From Malacoraja senta (Eukaryota): DNA of 64,000 nt. The notes beneath the pieces were generated by a model, which did no database searches, was not told the DNA's origin, and saw nothing but the letters and a program-made list of their open reading frames with translations. The DNA lies in the NCBI GenBank assembly GCA_038087875.1, contig CM075990.1:9674001-9738000 (forward strand). Direction: 5' to 3'. Both the position numbers and the translations under genes were made by a program. This document shows positions 1 to 12,794 of the stretch, piece by piece (the first letter of the stretch is position 1; each line of letters starts with the position of its first letter).

Positions 1-315
1 AATAATCTATCTATCTCTGCCTTAAAAATATCCATTGACTTGGCCTCCACAACCTTCTGTGGCAAAGAATTCCACAAATTCACCACCCTCTGACTAAAGA
101 AATTCAGTTCAATTTAGTTTATTGCCACGTGAAACGCTTTTTATTGCGTGCTAACCAGTCAGTGGAAAGACAATACATCAGTCCATTTACAGTGCTCAGA
201 GAAGGGAATCCTCCTCTTCTCTTTCCTAAAGCAACGTCCTTTAATTTTGAGGCTGTGACCTCTGGTCCTAGACTCTCCCACTAGTGGAAACATCCTCTCC
301 ACGTCCACTCTTATC
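1..315 (-). mobile_element. CR1 LINE 3' fragment interrupted (~106-205) by a Rex1-type 3' tail
   Basis: Minus-strand ERMFPLVGESRTRGHSLKIKG motif like the CR1 ORF2 C-terminus; the insert resembles the tail at 54440-54545. Confidence 0.75.
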
Positions 316-379
316 ACTATTCGCCCATTCCTTCTCTCCAGAGATGCCGCTGATTTATTCCAGCACGTTGTGTCTGTGC

Positions 380-760
380 CTCCATCGTTGTTGATGTTGT
401 TGTTGTTGCTGTGAGGTGACCGCCGCCTCTCTCTCCCTCCCTCACGACCGCCCGCGCCGTCCGTCCCAAAGATCTGTCCGCTCGCGAGAGGCGGGCGCCG
501 CGCTGCGGGCCAACGGCCGCCACGTCTCGCGATGCTTACCCCCGCCGGTCCTGGCCATCGCATTCGCACCGTCGCTGCGGGCGGACGAGCCGGCGGAGCG
601 CGTCCATCTTAACAGGTGAATACCTCAACGATCCGCTCGGTGACGGCGTGGTTCAGTATTGAGTAGCGTCAGGTGTCCGGAGACCCCGAGTGCCGCAGCG
701 CGGGGGGGGGGGGGGACAGGGACGGACTGTCAAAGGCTGCGATCTGTGGCGACGGCAGGT
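380..760 (+). promoter_or_regulatory. CpG island; probable USP54 promoter and non-coding first exon (candidate donor AACAG|GTGAAT after 615)
   Basis: Dense CpG/GC-rich patch in a CpG-depleted background with no TE hallmarks, upstream of the USP54 coding exons; consensus-like donor at 616. The link to USP54 is inferred. Confidence 0.6.
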
Positions 761-824
761 ATTGACCCTTGACCTGGCCGGAGGAGGCAGTGACCAAGTG
801 GGCAGCAACACCTCCCACCCTCAG

Positions 825-1690
825 CTACTCCTCCCTCAGCACCTTCCATCCGCCCCCCATCTTGCACCCACCCTACCCGTACAAACTCTGCTATCCCACC
901 CTCTCAATTCCCCTCGTATCCCATCAAATTCCCCCAAAACCTTATTCCCCAAATCTCGCCATCTCCCTAACTCAGCCATCCTTCCCAACTGCTTCCCACC
1001 TTTCCCATTCCCCTTCCCACTTACTGCCCAATGTTTCTCCCTCCACCTCTCATTCCCTTGTACCAGTTTCCCCCTTCTCCTCCTCTGTTCTTTCCATGCC
1101 ATCCACCCACTGCCCCAGCCGCATCTGTTCCTCACTTGGTCAGTATCCAACCTTTCTCTCCCCCCCCCCCCCCCATCTTCACTCCATTCCACTCCCCTCT
1201 CCATGCCCCCACTTCTTTACCCACGAACTGTATAGGTCCTCTGCTGCACTTGCAACCCCAACCCATTCCTCCCCAGCCCCTGCTGGCTCTTTGACCCCTT
1301 CCGCACCCCGCCCTCGTCTGCCGAACCGACCCCTTCGTCCCCCTCCCTCTTGCCCGACCAACCCATTCAACATCCCCGCCCGTCCAACTGATCCTTTCAT
1401 CTGTCCCCCGATTGACTGACCCATTTCTTCCCCGCTGTTCCCTGACCCCTTTCTTCCCCGCCTGCCCTCTGAACTCTCCCCCCTCCTCGCTGGCCCCCTG
1501 ACCCCTTCCTGCCCAAGCCTGCCTCGATCATTTTCTCTCCCACCCCCTGGACCCCGACCGCTTCCTCCTCTCACACGTCACCTGCATCCCATGCCCGCTT
1601 GACCCCTCCCAACCACGCATACCTGGCTCCCCTGACTGCTCGACCCTCCCTGCCATCCTCTGCCCAGCTTGATCCACGCCCCCATCCTTA
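825..1690. repeat. C/T-rich low-complexity tract
   Basis: Strong pyrimidine skew; the overlapping Pro- or Gly-rich ORFs are compositional artefacts. Confidence 0.8.
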
Positions 1691-1699
1691 AACAGGTAT

Positions 1700-1810
1700 A
1701 TTGATAGAACAGATTTAAAGGTATATGGGTAAAATGCAGCATATGGGATAGTGTGGATGGGTATCAGACAGCATGGACAAATTGAGTCGAACTGCCTGTT
1801 TCTACTCCAT
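1700..1810 (+). mobile_element. Degraded CR1 3' tail
   Basis: Similar to the tail at 3620-3750. Confidence 0.5.
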
Positions 1811-2638
1811 CCAGCCCATTCCTCCCCAAGCTCCACCTCTTCATATTCGTATTGTGTGATTCGCAGAAAGTATTACATTGTTTTGACAGTTTTTCTTCTT
1901 TAGTACTTGAATGTTCATGTTTAATTTGGTCCATACTAAAGGAAGACACAAACAAAAGTAATAAGCTGATCATGAAGTTATGAGGAGGGGAGGATGCACA
2001 AACAAATGATATTTAAAAAGGGACTAACTTTTTATTGTTGTACAAATGATTGGAGACCTGCTGCTAATGTTTAAGTGGTTTTCTAGGCTTCTCTGAGACA
2101 ATCTTAATGCTTTAATTTATGGTGCTGACCTTCAACAGTACAGCATTTCCAAGCTGCATCTCCCCAGATGAAGATTTTAATTGTAGATATTGGGCTGAAT
2201 GTGACATGAGGCTTTCACCAAATATCAAAAGTGGTGTTGAAGAGTTCGCAGAGAGTATTGGCTTTATTTTTTACTGTTTGAAATTGAATGCCATATCGTT
2301 TGCAATTAATGTAATCTCTTGGATACCAGTGGTAATCTAGACTTTTTTTTAACCCTGTTGACCTGCCTTTAATTTTCTCTCTGATTCCAAAATTTCAGTC
2401 CCTTAAATCCTAACCACAATTAATTTGTGTTTGGAATTATTTCGAGTGCTTCCTCCTTTGCCTCTCTTCTCTCATTCCAAACTCTTGTATTTCATTCTTT
2501 CTATTCTGCTCATGTACTTTTGTGCTGTAGCCCTGAACGTAACCACCTTTAAATGGAAACCAATTCAGTACCCAACCCCCTACCTTACTGTAAAATACTT
2601 AAGTTCTCCTTTGATTCACTCACACAAGCAATCAGTTC

Positions 2639-2804
2639 TGGGACAGGCAGCATCTCTGGAGAGAAGGAATGGGTGACGTTTCGGGTCGAGACCCTTATTT
2701 AGACCCATTCCTTCTCTCCAGAGATGCTGCCTGTCCTGCTGAGTTACTCCAGCATTTTGTGTCTATCTTTGATTTAAACCAGCATCTGCAGTTCTTTACT
2801 ACAC
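2639..2804. mobile_element. Short palindromic PLE-derived element
   Basis: Inverted arms of the PLE terminal repeat; flanking direct repeat atcagttc at 2631-2638 and 2805-2812. Confidence 0.75.
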
Positions 2805-3214
2805 ATCAGTTCCTACCTATGCCTTGCCTTACATCGTTTGGGATATACGAAGCAAGTTTGGTTCAAGACTGGCTCAAATACTAGACTGACTGGAGTATTT
2901 AATTGTACTCTTTTCCATCATTTCATCTTCACATGGTCTATCTCTGACTCTTCCATTCTTAAACCTTCATCTCAATTTCTGGGGAGAGGTTATTACTAAT
3001 TATTGTTAGTCAATTGACTCCACAGCTTGACTGTTTTGATGACTCTACTCCATAAGTTGTTTTCCTATCTTTTTCACGTTTGTTTTTGGAATTCACTCTT
3101 CCACCAGACCTTCCAAAATGCATTTCTTGTCTTCATCGAAGGACTCCACCCCATTGCGCTTGATGAGGTTTCCAAAAATCTATGAAATGTCTGTTCCATT
3201 TCACGTATTTGACT

Positions 3215-3750
3215 GATGAAGATAAGGCAATGAATGTTGTATACATGGATTTTAGTATGGCTTTTGATAAAGTCCCTCATGGTAGGCTGATCCAGATGAT
3301 TAAGATGCACGGGATTCATGTTGACTTAGTCATATAGATTCAGAACTGGCATATTCATAAAAGTCAGAGGGTTGTGGTGATAGAAAATATCGTACCTCTA
3401 TTTAAGAAGGGCTGCAAGGAAAAGCCTGGGAACTATAGGCCAGTGAGCATAACATCTGTGGTCGGAAAGTTACTGGATAATATTCTGAGGGATAAATATA
3501 TATGTGTTTAGATAGACAAGGGCTGATTAAGGATTGTGAGCACGGTTTTGTACGTGGGAGATCGTGTCTCTCAAATCTGATGGAGTCTTTTTAAGATGAC
3601 CAAAAGGGCCGATGAGGGTGCGTACATGGACAGGATAGGTTTGGAAGGATATGGGCCAAATGCAGGCAGGTGTGACTAGTGTAGATGGTTGGTCGGCATG
3701 GCAAGTTGTGTTGAAGGGCCTGTTTCCAAACTGCATGACTCGATAACTAA
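3215..3750 (+). mobile_element. Degraded CR1 RT fragments plus 3' tail
   Basis: VYMDFSMAFDKVPH-like and VPLFKKGCKEKPGNYRPVS motifs, then a CR1 tail. Confidence 0.8.
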
Positions 3751-4084
3751 TTACTTTGCATGAACCGTGTTTTGTATATTGCCAGCAAGAAATCTGCTAT
3801 CCCTGAGGATGTGAGCAGGTGGTAATCTGGTTTTAAAGTCAAACCTGAAAACAAAACAGCAAGGTTGTAAACTTGCACCATGACACCAACAGGCAGAGTA
3901 TGTATAATTAAAAATTGATGCATTTTGGCTCTTTGGTGAGCTGATATAATTTACCAGAAAATAATGAAATTTTATAAAGGGGTGCCGTCAATGGCTACTT
4001 CATCAACTTAAACATTTCAAACAGTTTTAAATATGTTTTTGGAATGTGGACACTATTACATATAACTAATATGTGATATGTGAA

Positions 4085-5534
4085 GGTACACAAAAATGCT
4101 GGAGAAACTCAGCGGGTGCAGCAGCATCTATGGAGCGAAGGAAATAGGCAACGTTTCGGGCTGAAACCCTTCTTCAGACTGATAGGGGGTGGGGAGAAGA
4201 AAGGAAAAGAGGAAAAAGGCGGAGGAGGAGCCTGAGGGCTGGGGGAGGGGAGGAGACAACCAGAGGGCTGATGAAGGGGAGGGGACAGCAAGGGCTAGCA
4301 GAATTGGGAGAATTCAATGTTCAAGCCCCCAGGATGTAGACTGCCCAAGCGGAATATGAGGTGCATTTCCTCCAATTTACGGTGTTGCTCGCTGTGGCCA
4401 TGGAGGAGACCCAGGACAGAGAGGTCAGATATGGAATGGGAGGGGGAGTTGAAGTGCTGAGCCACCGGGAGGTCAAGTTAGTTATTGCGGACCGACCGGA
4501 GGTCTTCGGCGAAACGATCGCCAAGCCTCCGCTTGGTCTCACCGATGTAGATCAGCTGGCATCTAGAGCAGCGGATGCAATAGATGAGATTGGAGGAGAT
4601 GCAGGTGAACCTCTGTTGCACCTGGAATGACTGCTTGGGTCCTTGAATGGAGTCGAGGGGGGAGGTGAAGGGACAAGTGTTGCATCTCTTGCGGTTGCAA
4701 GGGAAAGTACCAGGGGAGGGGGTGGTATGGGAGGGAAGGGAAGAATTGACAAGGGAGTTACGGAGGGAGCGGTCTTTGCGGAAGGCAGACATGGGGGGAG
4801 ATGGGAAGATGTGGCGAGTGGTGGGGTCACGTTGGAGGTGGCGAAACTGACGGAGGATCACTTGTTGTATGTGACGGCTGGTGGGGTGAAAGGTGAGGAC
4901 TAGGGGGACTCTGTCCTTGTTGTGAGTGGGGGGGATGGGGAGAGAGAGCAGTGTTGTGGGGTATGGCAGAGACCCTGGTGCTAGCCTCATCTATGGTGGA
5001 GGAGGGGAACCCCCGTTCCCTGAAGAATGAGGACATTTCAGATGCCCTGGTGTGGAACGCCTCATCCTGGGAGCAGATGCGGCGTAGACGGAGGAATTGG
5101 GAGTGGGGGATGGAGTCCTTACAGGAAGCAGGGTGGGAAGAAGTGTAGTCCAGATAGCCATGGGAGTCGGTGGGTTTGTAGTGGATGTCGGTAAGGAGTC
5201 TATCACCTTCGATGGAGATAGTGAGGTCAAGGAATGGTAGGGAAGTGTCGGAAATGGTCCAGGTATATTTGAGTGCCGGATGGAAGTTGGTGGTGAAGCG
5301 GATGAAGTCAGTCAGTTGTGTGTGGGTGCAGGATGTGGCACCAAAACAATCATCGATGTAGCGGAGGTAGAGGTCGGGGTTGGGGCCCTGGTACGCATTG
5401 AACAAGGATTGTTCTACGTACCCGACAAAGAGGCAGGCGTAGCTGGGGCCCATGCCTGTGCCCATAGCTACGCCTTGTATTTGGAGGAAATGGGAGGAGT
5501 CAAATGAAAAGTTATTAAGTGTAAGGACCAGCAC
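4085..5534 (-). mobile_element. 5'-truncated Penelope-like element (Neptune-like): RT, Cys-rich linker and GIY-YIG endonuclease, frameshifted
   Basis: QGVAMG and LRYIDD RT motifs (4827-5534); PCNRKRCNTC and IYCIRCSRCQLIYIGET (4478-4990); 14-15 bp TSD atgtgatatgtgaa(g) at 4071-4085 and 5535-5549; hammerhead-like core at ~4149-4178. Confidence 0.92.
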
Positions 5535-5649
5535 ATGTGATATGTGAAGATGGCAGTGAATGTAACTGTAAATGTTAATTGAGCAAAATTGAAAGGCTCA
5601 AGACAGCCATATTAGGTTGGCAATAAACATGAAGTTGACCAGAGAGTAT

Positions 5650-5780
5650 TAGAAACAAGGAACTGCAGATGTTGGTTTATAAAAAAAAAGACACAAAGAC
5701 AAAAATACCTGAAAAGTCACCTATTCATGTTCTCCAGAGATGCTATCTGACCTGCTGAGTTACTCCAGCACTTTGTGTCC
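5650..5780. mobile_element. Short PLE-derived element with inverted arms
   Basis: gaactgcagatg... and ...ccagagatgct...gagttactccagca motifs shared with the family. Confidence 0.65.
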
Positions 5781-7799
5781 CAAGAGTTTATGCTCTCTGC
5801 CTTAAACTTACAAAGCGTTACATCAAAGAGTTGACTGTAACGAGTTGTTCTGCTGTAATAGTTTTCTGGTTCAACTGGTTTGAAATCAGTTTCAATGTAA
5901 ATATTATTTATTTGAGTATCATAATTCCTGCATTTGAACCACACCTCCCATTAAAGAAAATTTTGTTTGTCTGGAAAGTACTGAATTTCCTGAAATATGA
6001 CATGAAATGGAGTTATTGAAATTCAAATAATTTTTATTCATTAGTGAAACTGCATTTAACTTAAACCTGGACAATTTCTATGGTATTATTTGATGCATTG
6101 GTGCTTATCAATGTAAACAAAAGCATGTTGCCATTTGTCAGTCATTGTCCACAAATAATCCATCTTTGTTCTTCTATGTGATGGAGGTCACAGATTTATG
6201 AGAGGCATTTGATGGAATGTTGGCAAGTTGTTACAATACACTTCTTATTCAAGGTACACATTAGCAATGGTGTAGTGAACATTTAGGATAGAAGGTTTGT
6301 TGCCAATCAATGGGATTGCTCGGACTTGGATGGGTGTGAACGTGTTATTGGTTGAGGGATATGCAAAATACTGCTAATGGGGCAAATGTGCAACATGCAC
6401 AGAAAATGCAGAAAACAGTAAGTCAGGCAGGATCTGTTGAGAAGAGCAAAAACATTAATTAGTATTGACAGACGTCAGCACTATCTGTCCATTCTGACTG
6501 ACTGGTCTATTCAGTATTTCAAACAATTTTAGTCTGCAGATGAATCTATGCTCAGTGATACAAACAGTGAGTTTCAAAAGTAAACACACCTCATAGAATA
6601 TTGAATTCAATATAAGCTAGAGGAAATTTGCAATCTATAAATGCTATTCTGATCAGTCCAGAAACTCTGAAGCTGTGTCTACTTCTGGTTACGAAGAAAC
6701 AAGACAGACAGAAAATGTAGTGCAGAGATGAACCAGAAGGCTGATAGGGGAGTATAAACAACAGCTTGTATTTATATGGTACCTTTCGCATTACAAAACA
6801 TCTCAAGGTACTTCACAGGAATGTAATAGAACAAACAAAGACACTGAGCCAAACAAAAAGAAAAGAAAAGTTTTGACAAGGGGTATGAAAGGAAGTGATG
6901 CAGAAAGATTAATGGAAAGAATTCGAAAACTAAGAGTCCAGACAACTGGGGAAACGATAACTGTGAAGAGGAAAGGGGATGAATAAAAGTCAGAGGAAAT
7001 CATGTATTTTGTTCTTTAGAACTACAGGAAGCCAAAGATAAGAGGGCTGAAATCATGGAGATATTTTAACATGAAGAAGGGTTTTATTTAGAATTCGGGC
7101 ATTGATTGGCAAGAAAACTACTTGTGTGTTCTTGTTTATTGAATTAGATTGAAATTGATATGCTATTCACTTGCCATTCAGGCAAAAACTGAAATAGTTC
7201 TGACAAACTGAAAGGGCTTGAATTTCACAGGCTGGAAAAGAGAAATTAGCTTAAATTTAAGAAAATGCCGTGGAAATGGTTGATTTGAAGTGAAACATTG
7301 AGAATTGGTCCATGCTGTCTGATATTAGTTGCTTCATCTTGCCAACACATTTATAGAAATTTTAGAATTTGGCAATTGTAACCTGTCATTTTTGTGTATG
7401 TATGGATGTCATACATATCTATTGCATACCACATAGAGGATGTAGATAATTGTTTTCTAATTTTCCATGTTCGATTCTGAAAATTTCCCTTCTGATGCAT
7501 ATTTCAAGACAACAGACAGCTCTGTGAAGAGTGATTGTCGAGTTTTGTATTTGATTGTTAATTGAAAAAGATTAGAGTTCCGTCATGGTGAATTCTCAAT
7601 AATTTATATAGTGGGTTCCTCACTAAAATTGGAGGCAAGTTAACTAAATCAACTCGCTGCCAATTTTCTGTTTACTCTCTCTGCTGGATCTCCTCATTGA
7701 GCTTCTCTCCTCTGGTACTTCAACTCGATAACATTTATTTATGTTGGCATTTGACGGACAATTTGAGTCATGTTGTGTGGCAACTGCGCTAACTGCAGC

Positions 7800-7940
7800 G
7801 TGTTGGTGCAGCCGTAGTGCTGTTACCACACATCGCCAGTGACTTGGGTCCGATTCTGACCTTGGATCAACTTGGAGTTTGCACCTGTTTCCTGGGAGCT
7901 CTGGGTTCCTCTGACAAGTTAATGGGGTACAGTAAATTAT
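7800..7940 (+). mobile_element. Degraded tRNA-derived SINE (HE1/V-SINE-like)
   Basis: A/B-box-like head and ggagtttgca core similar to 38570-38838. Confidence 0.5.
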
Positions 7941-9965
7941 CTCTAGTTAGCTGAATAGGAGCAACATTTTCACAAGTATCATGCTTATGTCATCTTAATT
8001 TGCTCAAGATTGTTCTGTTACATAATATAGAAAACATGTAGAATATTTTACTATAAAGCCAAAATAATTGAAGTGGCAACCAATGAAGAACTATTTCACT
8101 ATTTTAACATTATTAAATCAAAACTATTTGAAATACTAGTAAGAATTTAGTTTATGCATGTATCTTCTCAACCAACTATTAGGTACATGAATATATTTTT
8201 CCCCATCTAAAGCCTGTGTTAGCACATGGCATATGGCCAGCTCAATCTTCACAGTCAGTTGTTTATGTTTGTGAAACACAATAAATCAATAATAACTCAT
8301 GCTGAAAAAGTAGTGCAATTCTGTTATTGGAGAATGGAATCCAGCATAACTTATTTAAATATTTATAAATAACTTAAAGGTAATTAATTGTAATTTCCTT
8401 TAAAAAAATCATGAATATGAAAGTGAGCGGTAATTTTTTTTGTGCAGTTTCAGGATATAATTTATTTAAAAGAAATTCTGCTTCGAACATTGATTTAGTT
8501 TGCATGATGACTAATCACAGAACCATTTCATGTGCCTTTTATTATGCATAGTCCATAAAAAATATATTTAAAACACCAAATGTTAAGGTTTATCCAGCTA
8601 AATTTAAATGTATGTTCACGTGCTGCTAAAAGTATTATTTGAAATGTTTTTATTGTTAGCCGCTTGGTAGATAATGCTTCAAATTTGAGATTGACTTGGC
8701 CAGTGCCCTTTTATATAGTGGTAGGGTCCAGTAAGAACTATTGAACAGTAACCATGCGATAGTCTGTGAACTAAAGGGTGTGTAGAGTCTGAAAAGAGTG
8801 TGTGGCTCTCTTTAACTTCTCTACACAACCATGGCCGTTAATCCACCATCATTAATGGCTGAAAGCCACTCACTTCTATTTTTGGTCAAATATGATATGA
8901 AGTTTAAAAAGTGGAGTTGTATCTTCCTTGACTTTTAGAACAGTCTGAGTGACATGTTTATGGCTTAAATGATGAATAGGGAAAGCAGCCCTGCTGCTTT
9001 GCTGGCATGAGTTATGGCCAAAAGTCATTCCTGCAGAATCCAAGCAAAGGATTTAATATGGCATGAATGGGAATGTTTAATTTTCTTTATGCATGCTTGA
9101 TTATTTGATCCCGTTTAAAATTGGTGAGATTTTGTCTCGAGTTGAATCAACCAGGCTTTTGGACAAAATTCAATGTGAATGCAGAGGAATGTTTGTAGGT
9201 TTCCCAGATAGAGTTTACTGAAGAACTGACCTTATTTTTCATATATCCAAAGCAGGAAAGTTACCATTTCAGGTTAATTATGTATCTCACCTTATAGATG
9301 TTGTAAGCATCTTCAGCATTTTCTTCTTTTATTTCAGAAATCCAGTATTTGCAATGTTTTTCTTTTTGCTTTCAGACTTCATGAACCTGACCTGATACAC
9401 TTGTATTTTCCTATTTGACCCAAAAGCTGAGCTTTAAATGCCCTCCATTTATATTTAATACCATGTGTTTCACACTGTGATCACTTTCACATTTGGCCAC
9501 TCCTAAGCTCATAATTAGCCTCCAATTCCTTACAGTGTCCTTAATATATATTTGTGAAATTTTGAGGGGAAATGGTTGAAGATGGAATGAAAGCTATGGA
9601 GAGTTTTCGTGCTTTAGAGCTGGGAGATATTCAAATTCTGCGGGGAGTATCACTTAGCATGGAAGCCAGGAAAATAAATTGGCGATCAGTAATTTGGTGG
9701 AAATGTGCTTCGGAGACCAAATGTTAGCTCTAATGTGTTGAACTGGTAGTGAATACGGGAGCAAAAATGGAAATAACAGTTCATGGCTAGAACACCTTTT
9801 GTGTAAAAATGAATCTTAAGAATTTCAGAAGCATTTGAAACAATGTTATCTGGTTGGTGAGGAAGAAATTCAACAACTTACTCCATTGTTATCGGTAAGT
9901 GGAGAAATATATAAAATAAATGTAATACATTTAAGAGTAGGAGACATGTATCCACCTCTGCAAAT

Positions 9966-10095
9966 AGTCTGAAGAAGGGTCCTGACCAAAATGTCACCTA
10001 TCCATGTTCTCCAGGGATGCTGCCTCGCCTGCTTAGTTACTCCAGCATTTTGTGTTTTTCCTTGGTAAACGGACATCTGCAGCTCCTTGGTTCTC
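9966..10095 (+). mobile_element. Short PLE-derived element with degenerate hammerhead core
   Basis: gtctgaagaagggtcctgacc... followed by the family 3' block. Confidence 0.7.
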
Positions 10096-10311
10096 CAAGT
10101 AGAATATAGTATAGAAAAGCAATCTCAAGATGTTTTGACTTTCTAGCATGATTTTGGAGTAGTTGGTAGAGCAGTGGGGGGAGTGGCCAAGCAGAAACAA
10201 GTTCCAGGAGAATTGAGGCAGATCTGGGGATGGAAGTCAAAGTTCTAGAAATGCCACAAAGTAAAATACAGAATGCAGTGGAAGTAAAACATCAAGGAGT
10301 AAGAGGAGAGA

Positions 10312-10455
10312 TGTAGAAACAATGAACTGCGGATGCTGGTTTATAGAAAAGGACACAAACTACTGGAGTAATTCAGCAGGTCAGGCTGCATCTCTGGAGA
10401 ACATGGATAGATGACCTAGTCTGAAGAAAGGTCCCAACCAAAACATCAACTATCC
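10312..10455. mobile_element. Short palindromic PLE-derived element
   Basis: Minus-strand arm then plus-strand gtctgaagaa arm; imperfect flanking repeat gagtaagag. Confidence 0.7.
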
Positions 10456-12794
10456 AAAGAGTAAGAGAAGGCTGCTGTGACTGAGTCTTTCAAAGATCTA
10501 CTCTTGCAGTTAAGTTCCACAGGAATTTCACACTGGAATTAATACATTTCTGCATCTTGCGGCTAAATGGCCAACTACAATCAACCACAGAATTATGGTC
10601 ACATCTCTACATTTTCTCGTCTGAAATTCTGTGCTCTGCTTTGTAAGTCCTATTACAAATCTTGAATATTAGTGAAGTTGTCTACTTAAGTTTAGAAAGA
10701 TATATTTTTATTAAACTACCTGTTTCAAACTTAAACCTGTTTGCAGAACTTACGTAGAACTGACTGAAGTACATGGTCATGCAAAGATTTTGAGATAATG
10801 TATTTTGGGAGTTTTACTTGTTTGTTGTCTTACAAGCAGGAAAAACAAATTGCAATCTTAAAACAAAGTGATGCTCGGTCAACAGTTTGAGGACCATTGC
10901 ACCGAGATCTCATGTTTAAAAAGCAAGTGAAAATGATAGGTACACGAGAAACCACGTTGGCAGCAGTTTTTGAGAATAACTGGAGTGCAAACAGAACTAA
11001 TTTAGCATGGAGACTGATGCACAGTTTGATGAAATCATTAAGTGCAAAAGACATGCTGAGATGTGCAGCCGGTTTAGATAAATGGTGTTTCGATAAGTAC
11101 CTTCCATAGTAGAAGAAGGTTCCCTTCAGTGAATGTTCTGTGCAATATCCCCAGAGGTGATTCAAAGGTAGTATGCGTTTATTGTAGCAAAGTTGTAATG
11201 CTCTAAATTCTGCGTATGTTGGTTATTTTTCAAGAAGTGATCATTCTTGGTGAGTAATGTAATGATTTGATTAAATATATAGGGCTGAAAAGACTGGACT
11301 AGATTTTATAGTAAATGCAACCCATGCAACAACAAAGGAAATTGAAATGAAAAATATTCTGATGAAAATAAATGCCTCTGTGTATTATTTCTTGTGTTGA
11401 CTTGGTAATGTTCTATGTTGGTGTTTTCCATGTAGTATGTGGTGGACATACTGGTCTTGCGATCGTTTCTAATGTTTTCTTTGCTGTTTGGTGGAATTAT
11501 TTGGTTTCAAATAATTGTCTTAGTTCCTCTCTTTGGAAAGAATATTGGAAGTGGTATGCACCACAAATTGATGCCTGGGTCAGCTTCTCTTATCAAAATT
11601 GTACTTAGGTATTTATGAATAATACAATGAAGATTTATTAAGGCAAATTGTAAAAACTTTGACATGAAATGGGTAGGGTTTAATTTAACATGGAGTAGTG
11701 TGAGATAATGCATTTTTTGAGCAGACAAGGAATACAAAAGTGAAGTGGAAATATTGCGACCTCATTCACCGAGTACTGTGTTAAAAATGTAGCCATCTTT
11801 TTGTGTATTTTGTAAATTAAAGACTAAATGTAGACGGAGCAACAAGTTCGTGATAATATTTTACAAGCCGATACCTAGATCAGAGAGTTCTGTTCACTTT
11901 TGGGAGTCCTGCTATGGAGGGGGCATTAAAGTGGAATTGATGAGGATGCCATCAAGGGTGATAAACTATGCTATTGCAAGATACTGAATACTGCAATTAT
12001 TTCTAGTTATAAAAGGATTTGATAGTTTTAAAATGATAACTTTTGATGGGGCGAGTTGGAAAAAACTACTCAGCGAGTTAGCGATGAAGAGTTAGCAATT
12101 TAAATTGCCGTTGAAGGAGAAAATATTTTTCATTGGTACCACACGGAGGAGGAAATTGGTGTTTTGAAGAGGAAGTTTATATATTGCTTTATGCAAGAGC
12201 AATTCCGCAAAAAATAAATTGGGATTATTGTTGCAGCATTAAAATCTGCAACAAATGATTTATTGGCATTTAGCTAATGCAGTAATATAACCTTCAGGAA
12301 TAATTTTCATTGAAAGACAAATGAAAACAGTACAAGGTTGCATTGATTCTGAACAAACGTTCACTTCTGTAAATGTAATTTGCTGTGGATTAGCATGTGA
12401 AGGAACCAAAGTAAAAAGATAATCTGGAATAATTTGAAACATATTTCTGTAAATTAATGAGAATTATGATTTGGTGCAAATTTGCTGCTGCAAGATTATG
12501 AATGTCAATTGGTCGGAAGATGGCATTCTTTGTAATTATGAAAGATAGCATCTATATGTAATCAGTTGGGTAAATTTGACCTGAGTTTTCCAATTTTACA
12601 TAGAAACATAGAAACATAGAAAATAGGTGCAGGAGTAGGCCATTCGGCCCTTCGAGCCTGCACCGCCATTCAATATGATCATGGCTGATCATCCAACTCA
12701 GTATCCTGTACCTGCTTTCTCTCCATACCCCCTGATCCCTTTAGCCACAAGGGCCACATCTAACTCCCTCTTAAATATAGCCAATGAACTGGCC

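Noticed and set aside
690..1574. Long Pro-rich and Gly-rich ORFs
   Set aside because: They arise from a C/T-skewed low-complexity tract; no domain signal.
1680..1700. ccatccttaaacag|gtatat resembling the donor at 615
   Set aside because: Short similarity next to a CR1 tail; not enough to call an exon or a duplication.
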